64,000 nucleotides of DNA from Vitrella brassicaformis CCMP3155 (Eukaryota; Protista; Chromerida): the NCBI GenBank assembly GCA_001179505.1, contig CDMY01000333.1, positions 1 through 64,000 on the forward strand, written 5' to 3'. Below are positions 44,412 through 57,169 of this stretch, piece by piece (within the stretch, counting starts at the first letter, position 1; every line of letters begins with the position of its first letter). Under the pieces are notes generated by a model that worked only from the letters and a program-made list of their open reading frames with translations, was not told the DNA's origin and made no database searches. A program made the position numbers and the translations under genes.

Positions 44412-45353
44412 TCACCATGGCGTCTTGAGCAGGTGGGTGCATCGGTCGGTCGTCTGCACCTGTTGCCGCACCTTGGCGGCGGGGAGTTGAGGGCGGGGCG
44501 GCTTTCTTGCGCCGCAAGACGCACACCCCACCCGCAACGCCCGCCGCAAGCGCTGCCACCAGGTCTTCCACTCCCTGGGGTAGGTGTTGTAGTTAATGTC
44601 ATCGTCCTCCTTCGAGCGGCGGCTGGGGGGGAGGATCCTTGCCGGCGTGGGGGTGGCCTTTGGCGGCTGCTGTGGGGCTGCAGGCAAAGAAGACACCACA
44701 TCATTGGCCACATGATTGGATGCATTTTTCCCTGCCCTACTCAGCCCATCACTGTCTATCTGTCATGCCCTCACCTTTGGCGTCGTCGTCAATCCCCTCG
44801 TCGATCCACAGCTCGAGGCTGTGAGTGGTGAATGCTGCGATGAACAGGCAGGAACAAAGAGAACAACTTCGTGCGTCCTTCAAGTCTGTGTCTCTCTCCG
44901 TGTGTACTGATAAGTGGCCGCTGTTCTCACCGCGCTCCGTCAACTCGGCCGTCTTCTCGGGACGATCCTCGATCGACAGGCGGCAGCAGCTCTCGATCTC
45001 TGTAGCGATGAACAACAGACAGGGACGGAATCCTCCAACTTGATCTATCTCATCTCTCTGTCTCTCCCTCTTTCCGTTCCCTGACCTCGCTCGCCCAGCT
45101 CCGACAGCAGAGCGTCCATGTCGCGCAGGTCCATCCCCGAGGCCTCCCCCCCTGAGACCTCGGGGATGGACTCCAAACTCCCCGTCTGCTGCAGCAGCAG
45201 GCTGGATGACCGGCCGTGGGGGGCTGCCGTCGAAGCGACGGACGCGCGCCGGTCGTTGAGGGCCGTGGCTGCCTTCCCGCCCGTCTTCCCTCCCTCCCCC
45301 TCCCCTTCCCCAGCACGCGCGGCCAGCGCCTCAGGTCTCTCGGTCTCGGCCAT
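44412..45353 (-). CDS. Hypothetical protein, about 4 exons
   Basis: Phase-compatible GT-AG exons give MAETERPEALAARAGEG..DALLSELGER|EIESCCRLSIEDRPEKTAELTER|AFTTHSLELWIDEGIDDDAK|APQQPPK..YPREWKTWWQRLRRALR. No family recognised. Confidence 0.55.
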
Positions 45354-45789
45354 GATTCTGACGAAACACACACATGGAGGAGATGACTGGATGGAGGGAG
45401 GAATACACTGTCGTGGCGTCGGAGTGCGGATGGACTGGTGGCTCACCTCTTCGCAGTCTCCTCGCCCCCACACGCCCCCACGAGCTCGCAGCAAGACGCG
45501 AGTTAAGATGAATGGCTGCCGGTGATCACGTTTGCCTTTTCATTACAGCCGTCCTGTCCCCCTCGATGCTGTCTTTCACCTCCCTCACAGATCGGTACAC
45601 ATCCCTATAGGTCAGCACGAACACAACACCGCTCACACATGCAGCCATCATCGCCTCACGCAAGGCCACACCCCACATGGTGGTGACAGATGCGCCACCA
45701 ACTCTGCATCACTGCTGACGAGCAGTGTCGCCCGCATTCCCCCCTCCATCCCCCACGCAATGGCCGCCTCACACACAAGCCTGGCCAGC

Positions 45790-46070
45790 ACTACAATGCC
45801 CCACACTTTGACGGTCTTGGGCAGCACGAGACCCCTGACAGCCCCACCCATCCCTCGCCACGCCGACAGCACGCCCCTGTGGCGCATCATGGCCATATAG
45901 AAAAGCGCCAGGAAGATGCGCATGGCCATGTTGGCCCAGCTGGCGTAAAGCCGCCGCAGTCAGCCTCGCTCACACCAAGCAGCAGCCCCTTCGGCCGTTC
46001 GGACACGCCGTCCCGTCACTGTTGGTAGTGAGCGGGCGGCGCTGCAGCACAGCCACCGCACAGCCGGTGC
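45790..46070 (-). pseudogene. Possible decayed coding fragment of unknown family
   Basis: Coding-like segments APPAHYQQ*RDGVSERPKGLLLGVSE and, in another frame, LRRLYASWANMAMRIFLALFYMAMMRHRG..LVLPKTVK. There is one in-frame stop and one frameshift. Confidence 0.3.
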
Positions 46071-46714
46071 GTGCAACGCACACAAGACAGCGGCAAGAAT
46101 TTAGTACGTGTCGAGAGAAGGCACGACACACACACACGCACACAAGGCTCACGTACATCAGAGGGAAGAAGACCGAAGAAAGACAAGGGCCGGACAGCCA
46201 CCATCGAAATCCACACAGAGCGACACAGTCCATACAAGCGACCAGCCACATGTGTTCACACATGCACACGATCATTGACACGTACATCTAGCTGTACATA
46301 CATAAATTGACTAGCAAGCTGGCCGATAGGGCGATCACAGCTAGAGGGCTATCAAGGGAGGGAGATATGATGAAAGACAGGGTGGTAAGGAGGATATATT
46401 AGAGAGACAAACATACGGTCTCAGCGCCGGCTGCCACGACACAGAAATATGTCATGGAACATGCAGGCGGCCGGCGCACACGCAAGCAGACACACGAGCA
46501 GGGGTGGAGGCATACACGCGGGAATTGGAAGACGCGATGATGTGTGCATCGATAGGTGAAAAGTGAGTGGGTAGCTCTTTCTCACTGCCTGTCCCCTTCC
46601 CATTCTCCCACCGGGGTCACTCACTGTACAGGCAGGCATGTCACATCAGCATTACACATGGAACGACGACACGATCCACGCACACACACGCAGGCCCGCA
46701 GCTGGAGGGCCTGC

Positions 46715-47527
46715 TACCTAGTCGCATTCGGCCGAATGTCTGCACGACGATGTCGCACGCCTCTGTCAGCTCGTCCTCCATTACCACCTGCACAACGAAC
46801 GCACAGCGCTACACGGCACAACACACAATGCACGCTGGTCTTGGCGAGGCGTGTGTGTGTGTGTGTAACAGTGGAGCCGTACCATTGTGCTTCATGCCAT
46901 GCATCCTCTCGCGGAACACCTGACTCAACGCCTAACTTGTGCTCTTCTTCTCGTCTCTTCCGTTGCCCGACGGGCCTGCTCTGTCTGCCGTGCATGCTGC
47001 ACACGCCAACCACAACCAGTACGGCGCTCTCACGGAAGCTGTGTCATTTCCAGGTACCTGCTTCCCTGTTGAGCAGGATCTCGTTGTCGCAGAGCACGGC
47101 AGATACGAGCATCAAACCCTGATGTCACGCACAGACACGAGAGACACACTGACCTTCCACACCGCAGCCCTTCTCTCTCTCTCCCTCTCTGTGTGTGTGT
47201 GTGTGTCCGTGTGTGTGTGCACGTGTGTGTAAATGTGTGTGTGCGCGTGGTATACCCTAAGATCCTTGCCGAGCACGAGTATGTCGGGGCCTGCGCGTCT
47301 GTGATCGCAGAACAGCATGCGGCCGGTGCGGCAGAGACCCGTCTGGATCTCGCCGGTGATGAACAAGACATTCGCCACCTGTCGTCCACACGCACCCACG
47401 CACGGACGCACGCACGCACGGGGAGTAGAGGTAGCTAATGGTGGTGCTTCGTGCTCTCTCGCTTCTCCTCACTAAGGTACTTGTCGGCGGGCACTTTGAC
47501 GTCAGCCTCGCCCTGAATCGGCTCTGC
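46715..47527 (-). pseudogene. OAT: Ornithine aminotransferase (class III PLP) pseudogene fragment
   Basis: Collinear exon relics: EPIQGEADVKVPADKYLSEEKRESTKH, NVLFITGEIQTGLCRTGRML..PDILVLGKDL, GLMLVSAVLCDNEILLNREAGTWK* (TGA at 47044-47046) and VVMEDELTEACDIVVQTF. The ADEIQTG Asp is lost and no N-terminal half is visible. Confidence 0.85.
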
Positions 47528-48059
47528 ACCCTCACACACGTACACATACATACATACACACACACACACACACCGTAGGTCCATGAGAAGCCCCTCCGTC
47601 TCGACCAAGCCTTTGTTTGCCTACCAAGTTGAACATAGTCCGCATGCCAGTCGGCCAACGCTTCCCTGACACACACACACGCACTCACACACACACACAC
47701 AGATGGGGAACAATTCATATCATCACACTACATTATGTCGTATGTCTGTGTGAATTACTTGAGTGCATGTAGATCAATGAGGGCACGAGCACAAAGCCAG
47801 ACGCATGCGGCCCTGAAAATTGCGCCTAACGATGCACACACAAGAGATCCAACGACTTGTAGTCAACCAAAACACGACATCAGCAAAAATCAGCGGATTC
47901 AGTCCATACACGCATGAGATGCACACACATATGTAGTGCAAGCCAAGGAGAGTCAAGTCGCCGCCGATTGGGCCGCATGCATACACCAATGTCAGACACG
48001 CAGTACACTCGTTCATCGCATCGGCAGCAGACACTACAGCGTCTGAGGCTCTGGGCAGC

Positions 48060-49994
48060 CTAATTACTACGGTCGTCGATCATTGTCGTCATCGTCGATT
48101 GGATCATTTTCTGGGTGCTCAAAGCCACCTGAAGAAGGCGTAAGAGAGTAGAGAGCATATGCATTTCCTCATGCATTTCCTCGTAAGGCAGCTCACTCCT
48201 GTCCTCGCCACCAATCGGGCCCATCATGTAACCGACACACGACCCAACACGGACGGGTGGTTGACACATTCCGTCAGGGACATATGAATCGTCATATACA
48301 TATGGACCGTCATCAAGCCAGACGACTATATTCTGCACCCATCATGACAAAACCTCGGTGCACATATCCCTTCGCGCCATTGTTCATGATTGACCTACCA
48401 CTTCAGCCGTCTCGTTGCCGTATGTGACCACAAACACCTCAAGAAGCGTCCCATTCGCAGAAGGATGCGAGACATTCATCTGTACCCAGTCCTCATAAGT
48501 ATAATCACATCCGTCGTCAGTCGATGTAGTTGATCTCCTCCGATCGACAAAGCCCACAGCTTCGCTGCATACAAATTAAAGGGCTGCCAACATGTGTGTC
48601 TCTTCTTCAGTGTACCGATCAATGAATCCAATCACGTCTGCGTCGCCAGCAAGGTCGCGGTACTGGCAACTCACACTCACCATCATCAGCCCACACAGTG
48701 ACGTTCTGCATTCACATCTACGCTCACACGCATTGGATTTCACATGCTCACTATCTCCTTACCACCACTTCAACAGCAGGATAGAGGCCCAGAAACACAA
48801 CTTTTCCCTCCACAACGGAACCATCTTGGGTACTCACAACAGCAAATTCACTAATTGGACTGATGCCTTTCACCCAGGGGAAGAATTGGCCAGATGGTTC
48901 GCTGCATTGATGGAACGATAATAAGCTTGAGCATTTGCTTGCCTTGATTCTTACCCGTCGACAAATGTGTCGATGGTTCCGACAGACGGCTCGAGAGTAA
49001 TCACAGTAGCAGCAAAGCCGCCATTTCGCATCTTATCCTGAACGTATGCAAAAGCATAGACACACAAAATCGAAAGACGCATCCAGGCGCTGCATTATGG
49101 TCAAGCGCCAACCAGATCGATGGAAGTAATCGCCACAGAGTCACCACTTTCGCCAGTCCCATTGAATGTTTCAAGAATTGGGCACGCCCTTGGGACGGGT
49201 TGCTCACATTTGGCATCATCCGCAAACACGATCACGTCCTGCACTCAAAACGCATCATACGGTAACGTCCTTGTGCAGTTATGGTTCGATTTTTGACCAT
49301 GCATACCACATGCAATTCATTGAATTCATCTTCGTTCACGACTTTCGCCTCCAAAAGAGAGCCACTTTGTGTACTCACAGAGATGAGATCTTCGTAAAGA
49401 ATAAAACCGCTGGACGGTTCACGTGATTCGCCGATGATCTCGCTGCACGAAGCAAGAAAGACAGAGCACTTGTATTTTCTAATTGGGATCTCTCGAATGT
49501 TTCCCTGACCCGTCAACGGATGCAAAGAGGCTTGCATCATCGTAAAGCAGCCGCGAAAGCGTGTTAGACGCAACCACAGCTGCAAGGAAGCCCTGGCTCC
49601 GCAGGTCATCCTGAAGACACACAGAAGACACACAGAAACAGATAATCCTTGCAAGTGGGTGCGCGACGAGCGCTTCCTCAGTTTTGCTGGACCAGATCGA
49701 CATAAGCAATTTCCCGAGAGCCGCCTGCATCGAGGGTTGCATTGAATCTCTCGAGGACAGGACACGGATCTCTTTCCATTCGTGCCGGAGGCCCTGCACC
49801 AAAGACAGCCGTCGCACAGTGCGACAGCCGCAGCGCCCCTTCCTCCGCCCTGACTTGCCTTTCTCATTGGCAGTGTCGACGCGGCGGAGGACACCTGAGA
49901 GGTCTTTGGCGTTGCTTGACGCCGTCGGAGCACATTCATATCGGCACAATGATGCGATGCCCAGAATCACGACAAGTAAGCGACAACACCACAT
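48060..49994 (-). pseudogene. Low-GC secreted modular gene (10 exons, repeated three-exon module) disrupted by an internal deletion
   Basis: Signal peptide MWCCRLLVVILGIASLC. Exons 49994-49859, 49793-49693, 49610-49510, 49442-49307, 49238-49113, 49037-48955 and 48901-48763 splice in frame. Exon 48705-48616 is fused, out of frame and has a TGA at about 48619-48621. Exons 48564-48399 and 48332-48060 are open again. Confidence 0.75.
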
Positions 49995-50445
49995 TTTCTA
50001 ACACACTGTACGGCCACCGCCTGCCACGCAACATATGGACACTGTCGAAGATGTGCAGGGTGACCACCGCTGCTCTGCTCACCCCAAACGCTACCAGACG
50101 CCCGTCAGCAGCATGGCTCTGCAGACACACAGCACCAGATGCAGTACGTGCTTGTGAGCACGTGTGTGTGAAAGCATCAAAGAGATTGATCTGCCTCACT
50201 CTGTGAGATTCATCTTTGACTGCCAGCACTCACTCAAAGCGATGATCTGCGAATCACAAGACAACATGCAGCGACATCGCTGAGCCCTCGCACCTCTTTC
50301 TCTCTCCTCTCTCCCCCTTTCGCTTCTCTCTGCCTCTCTCCCCCTCTAGCTCGCAAAAGTTGGGGGCGTCTCACCCTTTATGCTCATTTTCTAAGGAAGC
50401 CGTGAGTAGCGTTTCCTTTTGTCGCTTTAGCACAGGGATCACACG

Positions 50446-53400
50446 ATGAAGCCCACAGCCCACTTGCCCACAGCAGCCGGCCCGGGCCGCAACGGAGGAA
50501 CGCCAGGGCGGCCAGTCGCATCGCAAGTAGTTGGAGCGAAGCTTGAGGACTCGCCTGTCAAGCTGGACCGTCCGGCGGCAGAGAAGCTGGTGCTGGAGAG
50601 CATGCTCCGCAGCAATGTTGACGTGAGGAAGGAGCTCCTTACCAAAACTTACGCCGAGACGTCACCCAAGAAGAAAATGCTCGATGATGTAGAGGTAAGA
50701 CAGGCCAGAGAAGCGCTGCAGAGGGCTAAGAGAGGCTGCAGTGTGCGCATGCCTCTGGCCGCTCCCTTATGTGCATCTGCAGAAGACTCTGGTATCGATA
50801 TTTCACTTTTATTCGAGCGAAGGAGGGTCCAATGTGCTGGCGAACCGCACTCTCAAGTCCTCAAAGCTGCAGCGGATGGCCATCGACTCCTGTCTCTTCA
50901 ACGAGTCCCTCACGCCGGCCAAACTGGACCTCCTCTTCACCAAAGTCACCGGCAAACAGCCAAAGGTAATGCATGTAGCCAAGGGAGTGTGGGTACGGTC
51001 GGTAGGTGGTGCTTTTGTTGCTGTGTGGGGTGGTGCAGATGAGCCTTCGTCAGTTTCTGGACGTTATGGTTCTGGCGGCCAATGTCAAGTACGGGACCTC
51101 CCTCCAAGCCCCCGCGGCTCTGGTCAGTACGTGCGTCTCCTGCTGCAATTGTGGATTCCTTTGCTGTGGGCTGATGGGCTGCTGCTATCTGTGTGTGCAG
51201 ATGAAGTTGTATGAGGAGCATCTGTCGTCCTTCTGTGCTGATCCCCTCGCCCCTCCCCCAGGCAATCGTGCTATGTATACACCAGGACGGAGCATATGTG
51301 TTGTTGCGCTTGTCTGTGCAGTTGACGGCGAATGGGTGTCGATGCTCAAGACGGTGGCTCCGCTGCTCGAGCGCTTCTTCCGAGGATACTTCCCCTCATG
51401 TGCGTGTATGTTTGGCGTATCTCTCGGCCCGAAAATTAACGCGTCGCTGTTTTCCTTGTTGGTTGTTTGTCAGGGGTTGCGTTGGCGGCTTCCACACTGG
51501 AGGCACAGCAGATGAAGGCATGGAGCAGCTTCCTCACCGACTTCGAAATCACTCCCGCACTCATCGGAAAACCGCAGGTGCACCAAGCGCCGATTGAGAC
51601 ACGAAACTACATCAACATGACATGACGTCGCCTTTGTCTGTCTGTAGGCCTATGCCGCCCTTCGCGAGTCGCTGGCATACCCGCCGCACCCATCGCTGCT
51701 GCCGCTGACCACCCACGCCTCCCAGCCGGCAGCCGACGCCAAGAGCGGGCAGATGACATTCCCTCACTTTCTGATGGGTCTGCTGCACATCGCTCGCAAG
51801 CTGTCCCCGCAGGACAGCGACACCCTGGCGTTCGTGCGCCTGCTGGCGGCCATGGACACCTCCAAGGGATGGGTCGTCTTCTTCAACACCACCGGCAATC
51901 TCCCCGTGGCCGCCAAGCACCCAGGAGCGGAAGCTGCGGGCCCCACCAGCAGGTTCGGGAAGTTGCTGCCGGCCGCTCTGCTGCGCGAGGCAGGTATGCA
52001 TACTTACCTTTATGCTCTCTTCCATCCACCCGTCATGGATGACACGAGAGCTGAACTATTTTGATGTAAACCGTTATAAACAGGTATACTGAAGACACCT
52101 GTGGTTGAGAAGGGCAGCAGTGCGTCGAATAATGGTGGCGGTGGGGTGGCGAGGGGGGATGAGAGAGGGGGCAGGGGTGTGGGTGTGGGGGAGGGTCGAC
52201 GTCGCGGTGGGAGGGAGGAGGGAGTGGTGTTTGACGAGCCCATGACGGACGAGCAGCTGCTGTTGTCCAAGCGGCTCTTCCTCTACTACACCTCTGTCGG
52301 AGGTACATATATAGACAGACCGACAGACAGACAGACAGACAGACAGGGTGTTGTCTGTCTGTCTATGTCTCCTCCCTCCCTCACTGCATGTGCTGCAGAT
52401 CCCCTGAACCGCACTCACCTCTCATCCGCCAAGTTCGCCCGCTTCCTCCGTGAGACGGGCATTGTGGCCTCACGCCCCTCCCTGCAGCAGACCAAACTCA
52501 CAGAACTGACCAACGACACCACCAACCAAGATGGCAGCAACATCCGCCCCCTGCCCCTCCGCGTGCTGCCCGCCCCGGCCCTCACCCAGGTGCAGGCCGA
52601 CCTGCTCTTCGTGCGACACACCAAGGCCGCCACCACACTGCCCAAGACGGGGCTGAGTGCCGTGCCGTCGCAGGGAGACAAGGGCGACGATGAGAGGAGG
52701 TCTGGGGTGGGGGCTGGGATGGTGCGCAGCACAAGGCATCACATGGAGCTGCACCAGTGGTTAAAGGTCGATGAGAAAAGGACACATACAATACACTCGC
52801 CTTAGCCAAAAACGTCCATGTCTCGCTTTTGTGTGTGTTTCCAGGCGTTGAAGGAGTTGTCTCGCGAGGTGCATGCGGCGATGGAGAGCGAGAACCCCTC
52901 ACCCATGGACTCCCTCACCACTCACATCCTCAAACCCCTGTGCGACGCAACCGTCGCCAAGGACCATACCGCCGAGACAGCGGAGGTCAAGGCCATCAAC
53001 ACCGACCCCCTCGTGAAGGAGCTGCTCGCATCCATCCGCCCCCGCGTGAAGCAGCTCTTCACCCACTACGCACGGGGCGGCCACTCCCTGCCCCTGTCGG
53101 GCTTCCAGCAGCTGTGTGCCGACTTCGACGTGTCGGAGCTGCTGGCCCCAGTGACCATCCAGCGCACATACTGGAGTGCTGTCTCGGCCGGCAACGAGGA
53201 GGACAGGAAGATCGAGGCCAATGAGATGAGCTTCACGGCCTTCCAGCTTGCCGTGGTCACCCTGGCCAGCAAGGCCCCTGTGCCGGAGTTCACCGATAGC
53301 GAGAAGAGCCAGTGTGTGAGTGCGGCGCACGAGCACTTCAAGATTGCCCCTCATCTCGCCCCCGCTGCATACGCCTCCGAGACATACATATCCCTGCTGT

Positions 53401-53906
53401 TCTTCCTGTCGCGTCTCAACGCGTCGAGTGCGGCCGCGCGCTTCCTGCCTCCCCCTCTGCCGACAGCCGCACCCGAAACTACCTGGACAGTGCTGCGGGA
53501 AGGTGCGCACGCGACAACACAAGTCACAACACCACAGGTTGTAGACATGTCTCTTCTTCTGTGTCCATGTCTTGCTGTCTGTTCGGCAGTGATCGAGGGC
53601 AAGCCCGGCCAGACGAACGGCACGACACCCACGCCAAAGGCGGCCACAGGTGCAGGGACCCTCTTCGCGCTGCCCCCGCTGCCACTGGCCATGGCTCCCC
53701 ACGGCACACACTCACGCACACGGACGACAGCGAGGCGCACCATAGCCATTCACCATGGGGGGACGGTGGGGGTGGGTGCGAGGGCGGGCGCCGGTGCGGC
53801 AGGGCCAGCTGCGGATAGGGCCGCCGAGGAAGGAGACAAGAAGGGCAGCGGTGTGGTGGTGGGCGGCTGGTCGGATATCAAGGCCGCCCTGGAGGAGCTC
53901 GAATGA
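50446..53906 (+). CDS. Multi-domain p25alpha/TPPP-like (EF-hand-like fold) protein, multi-exon
   Basis: Repeated units LKSSKLQRMAIDSCLFNESLTPAKLDLLFTKVTGKQPKMSLRQFLDVMVLAANVKY and DPLNRTHLSSAKFARFLRETGI..LTQVQADLLFVRH..MELHQWLKALKELSREV. A third unit reads VKQLFTHYA..LSGFQQLCADFDV..MSFTAFQLAVVTLA. Confidence 0.6.
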
Positions 53907-54444
53907 GCATAACACAGATAGATGAAATGATAAGAGACAGACAGACAGGCAGGCAGGACTGAGTGGGGCGGTCGATGATATTGATATGTATAATGGTGAC
54001 GGCCTTTTCTAATCTCAAGGTGGACGTGGCGGAAAGAGTAGGGAGCCATGGGATGGGCGGTGGGTCAGTGGGCCTCTTTCTTTTTACTCTAAGCTTTGTT
54101 TTGTTTTATTTTCCCAACCTTGCAGGAAGATACAAACAAGGAGAGAGCGATGGAATGCAGGATACGGAAACGATCGCTGACGGACAGTGGCACACACACA
54201 CATAATGAATGATGCATGATCGCGCTTCAAGTAGTGGATCGGATCCGCCGTCCGTCATCATGTAAGGACCCATTTGTCCATCCATCCAGTCCACCACGCA
54301 ACGAACAAAACTGCCCCTCGTGAACACGTGTGCGTCCAATCAGAGCCATCGACACTAGCCAACACGCCACGCATTCACGCAGCACACCAGCCGTCCCAAC
54401 TCAGTCACTACACTAACCCCCCACGCAATCCATACCCCCTCCCC

Positions 54445-54744
54445 NNNNNNNNNNNNNNNNNNNNNNNNNNNNNNNNNNNNNNNNNNNNNNNNNNNNNNNN
54501 NNNNNNNNNNNNNNNNNNNNNNNNNNNNNNNNNNNNNNNNNNNNNNNNNNNNNNNNNNNNNNNNNNNNNNNNNNNNNNNNNNNNNNNNNNNNNNNNNNNN
54601 NNNNNNNNNNNNNNNNNNNNNNNNNNNNNNNNNNNNNNNNNNNNNNNNNNNNNNNNNNNNNNNNNNNNNNNNNNNNNNNNNNNNNNNNNNNNNNNNNNNN
54701 NNNNNNNNNNNNNNNNNNNNNNNNNNNNNNNNNNNNNNNNNNNN
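54445..54744. other. Scaffold gap (300 N)
   Basis: Run of N. Confidence 1.
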
Positions 54745-54832
54745 CTCCCCCCCCACCACCACACACACTCTCACAGAACTAACTCCCCCTCCCAGCCCCC
54801 TCCCTCTCCCGTGTGTGTCTGCCTATCTCTTC

Positions 54833-57169
54833 TTATCCGTATCGCGGGGGCATCTGCATGTGTGGGTGGTGGAAGATGGGTGGCATCGGGAGGTTGGGTG
54901 TGGAGCCGATCATCCCCGCGGGGGGCGGCGGCCGCACCACCGCCCCCGAAGGGGCCCCTCCAGGTCCGGGTCCTCCCCCCAGCATGCTCGTCGAAGTGTA
55001 GCTCACCTGAGACCTGACACAAAGGAAGGAAAACACCGAGAGAGGTACATACCGGTGAGTGATGAGCTGTGTCCCCGCTACTCCCCCCACCTGTTGCTTG
55101 CGACACCGCCCGCAGCACCACCCTCTGACAGACACAACAAAGGCAGCAGAGGATACACACCCACCCACATGTGTATGTGTATGTGTATGTGTGTGTGTGA
55201 TCGATCACATCACATGACGTACGTTGTCCCGATGCTCCCCTTGACTGCGGTCCCTCCTTGAGATTGGCGGTGGACACGGTCTGGAATGGGTCCTGCTGCT
55301 GCTGCTGCTGCTGTGGGAGGCGGAGTCCCCCGCTGTGGGGGCTGTGGCGCACACTCAGAGCCTGCGCCGGGGGCAGGTTCTGACGGGCCGTCACGTCGCC
55401 GCGGTCAAAACGGCCCTTGAGCAATGTCAACTGATGGAGTGGACACACACACAGACAAACAGACAGACAGACAGACAGGTAGACAGACAGATGAGCAGAG
55501 TCGGATGTGTGTATGTGTTGGGGTGTGTGGGGTCTGGTTGGTGGGGTGGGTTGCCTCGTTAGTTGCTCGAGCTAGGTTGGTGTGGAGACCCTCAACTTGA
55601 GCCTACAGGTCAAGGCAGATAGATATGGGGAGGGGGTGTGTGTGTGTGTGTGTGTGCGGTGGTCAGTTGCCTGTAGGTGTTCCTGCATCTGAAGTGAGCG
55701 CCGCTTATGGCCCTCCAACACACCCAACCTGCACTCACGGACACGACAGCGACAGAAGGCAACAAACATTAGCAGCAGGTGAATGGGTGGGGGGGGGCCT
55801 CTCTGTCATTCCTCTCTCTCTCACTTAGATTCGATCTTGTTGATGAGCGACTGCATGTGCTTCCGGTGGTCCGACACGTCATCCTTCGCCTCCTGCACAC
55901 ACACACACACACACACACATAAAGACAGTCTGTCGGGTTCTTTTCATCAGATCAATGGATGGACGGATGGACGGATGGATGGATGGCTGGTTTGGTCTCG
56001 GCACCCACCAATATGCCCGCGTCCGTGACCCGTTTGAGGTGTTCGAGCGCCACCTGCAGCTCGCCCACCTTATCAGTCATATTGCCAACCTGCTCAACGA
56101 TGCTAGACAACTACACATGACCCCCACACCCACACCCCCACACACGCACACACAGAGGGACAAGACACACGAGTGAACCCCATTGCCATCCATCTCATTG
56201 TATGTGTGTGTGCCTGGATGTGTGTGTGTGGGTTACTTTGTGGTCGAGTGCCTGTAGGTTTCTGTTAGCGGTTTGGTCCTTGGCGCGCAGTTCGCGGCGG
56301 ATGTCCTCCCCCTCGTGCCGCAGATGCACCACCGACTGCTTCACGCTACCCAACTCACTCGACAACTGACACAAGACACATCCATAGAAACGTGTGTGCG
56401 CCTGTGGAGGGGAGGTGGCTTTTTGGTTGGTAGGCAGGCACCTTCTGCTGGTTGGTGAATTCTCGTTGGTTGAGTGCCTGCAGTTCCTCAGCTACGTCCT
56501 GGATGGCCTGCTTGGCCGTCGACACGTCCTCCTTCTCCTGAGCCTCCAAACGGTCCTTCTCCTGACCACCGACAAACACACAACACACCAACACAACACA
56601 CACATCACAATGAGTCTCCCATCCCAGCCCTCCTGCGAAGGGGTGTACAGTACACCAACCATACATACCTCTGCGAGTTGCATGACTTTGTCCCTGAGGG
56701 TCTTGAGCTCCTGCTGCGTCTGGGTCAGAGTGCTCTGCAGGGTGTGCTGGCTGGAGGAGGCGGCCTTCTTGAGCTCCGACAGCGATGTGGCGTGCGCCTG
56801 GAGCCCCTCGCGCAGCATGCGAATGTCACCCGCCACGTCTTCCGGCTGAGCCCCCAAAGGAGCACCGGGGTGCGACGCACGAACCTAGTAGGATACATAC
56901 ACAACAACACAACAACACAACACACACAACAGGACCATTGATCAGCCATTACATTACGGCGTTCAGCTCACGTTGATGTTGGGCGCCCGCAAGCCGGTTC
57001 CTGAGGTGGATCTGACGACCTGTGCAGGCGTGAATGGCGGGAGTGCGATGGAGCTGGGGGGGCCGCCGGGTGTGGGAGCGGGCGAGCCTCCCGGGCCCGG
57101 CTGCAGGCGAAGCTGGGTGGGAGGCAGCGCCACAGGGCGCCCCGGCAGACCGGGCGGCGGGAAGTACAT
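54833..57169 (-). CDS. Hypothetical coiled-coil protein with Pro-rich N- and C-termini, multi-exon
   Basis: Starts MYFPPPGLPGRP. Heptad exons LQSTLTQTQQELKTLRDKVMQLAE, EKDRLEAQEKEDVSTAKQAIQDVAEELQAL and VGELQVALEHLKRV. Ends PPPPAGMIGSTPNLPMPPIFHHPHMQMPPRYG*. Confidence 0.65.

Noticed and set aside
47800-50250. Transposon or retroelement explaining the low-GC island
   Set aside because: No RT, integrase or transposase motifs, terminal repeats or target-site duplication were seen. A spliced signal-peptide gene explains the region better.
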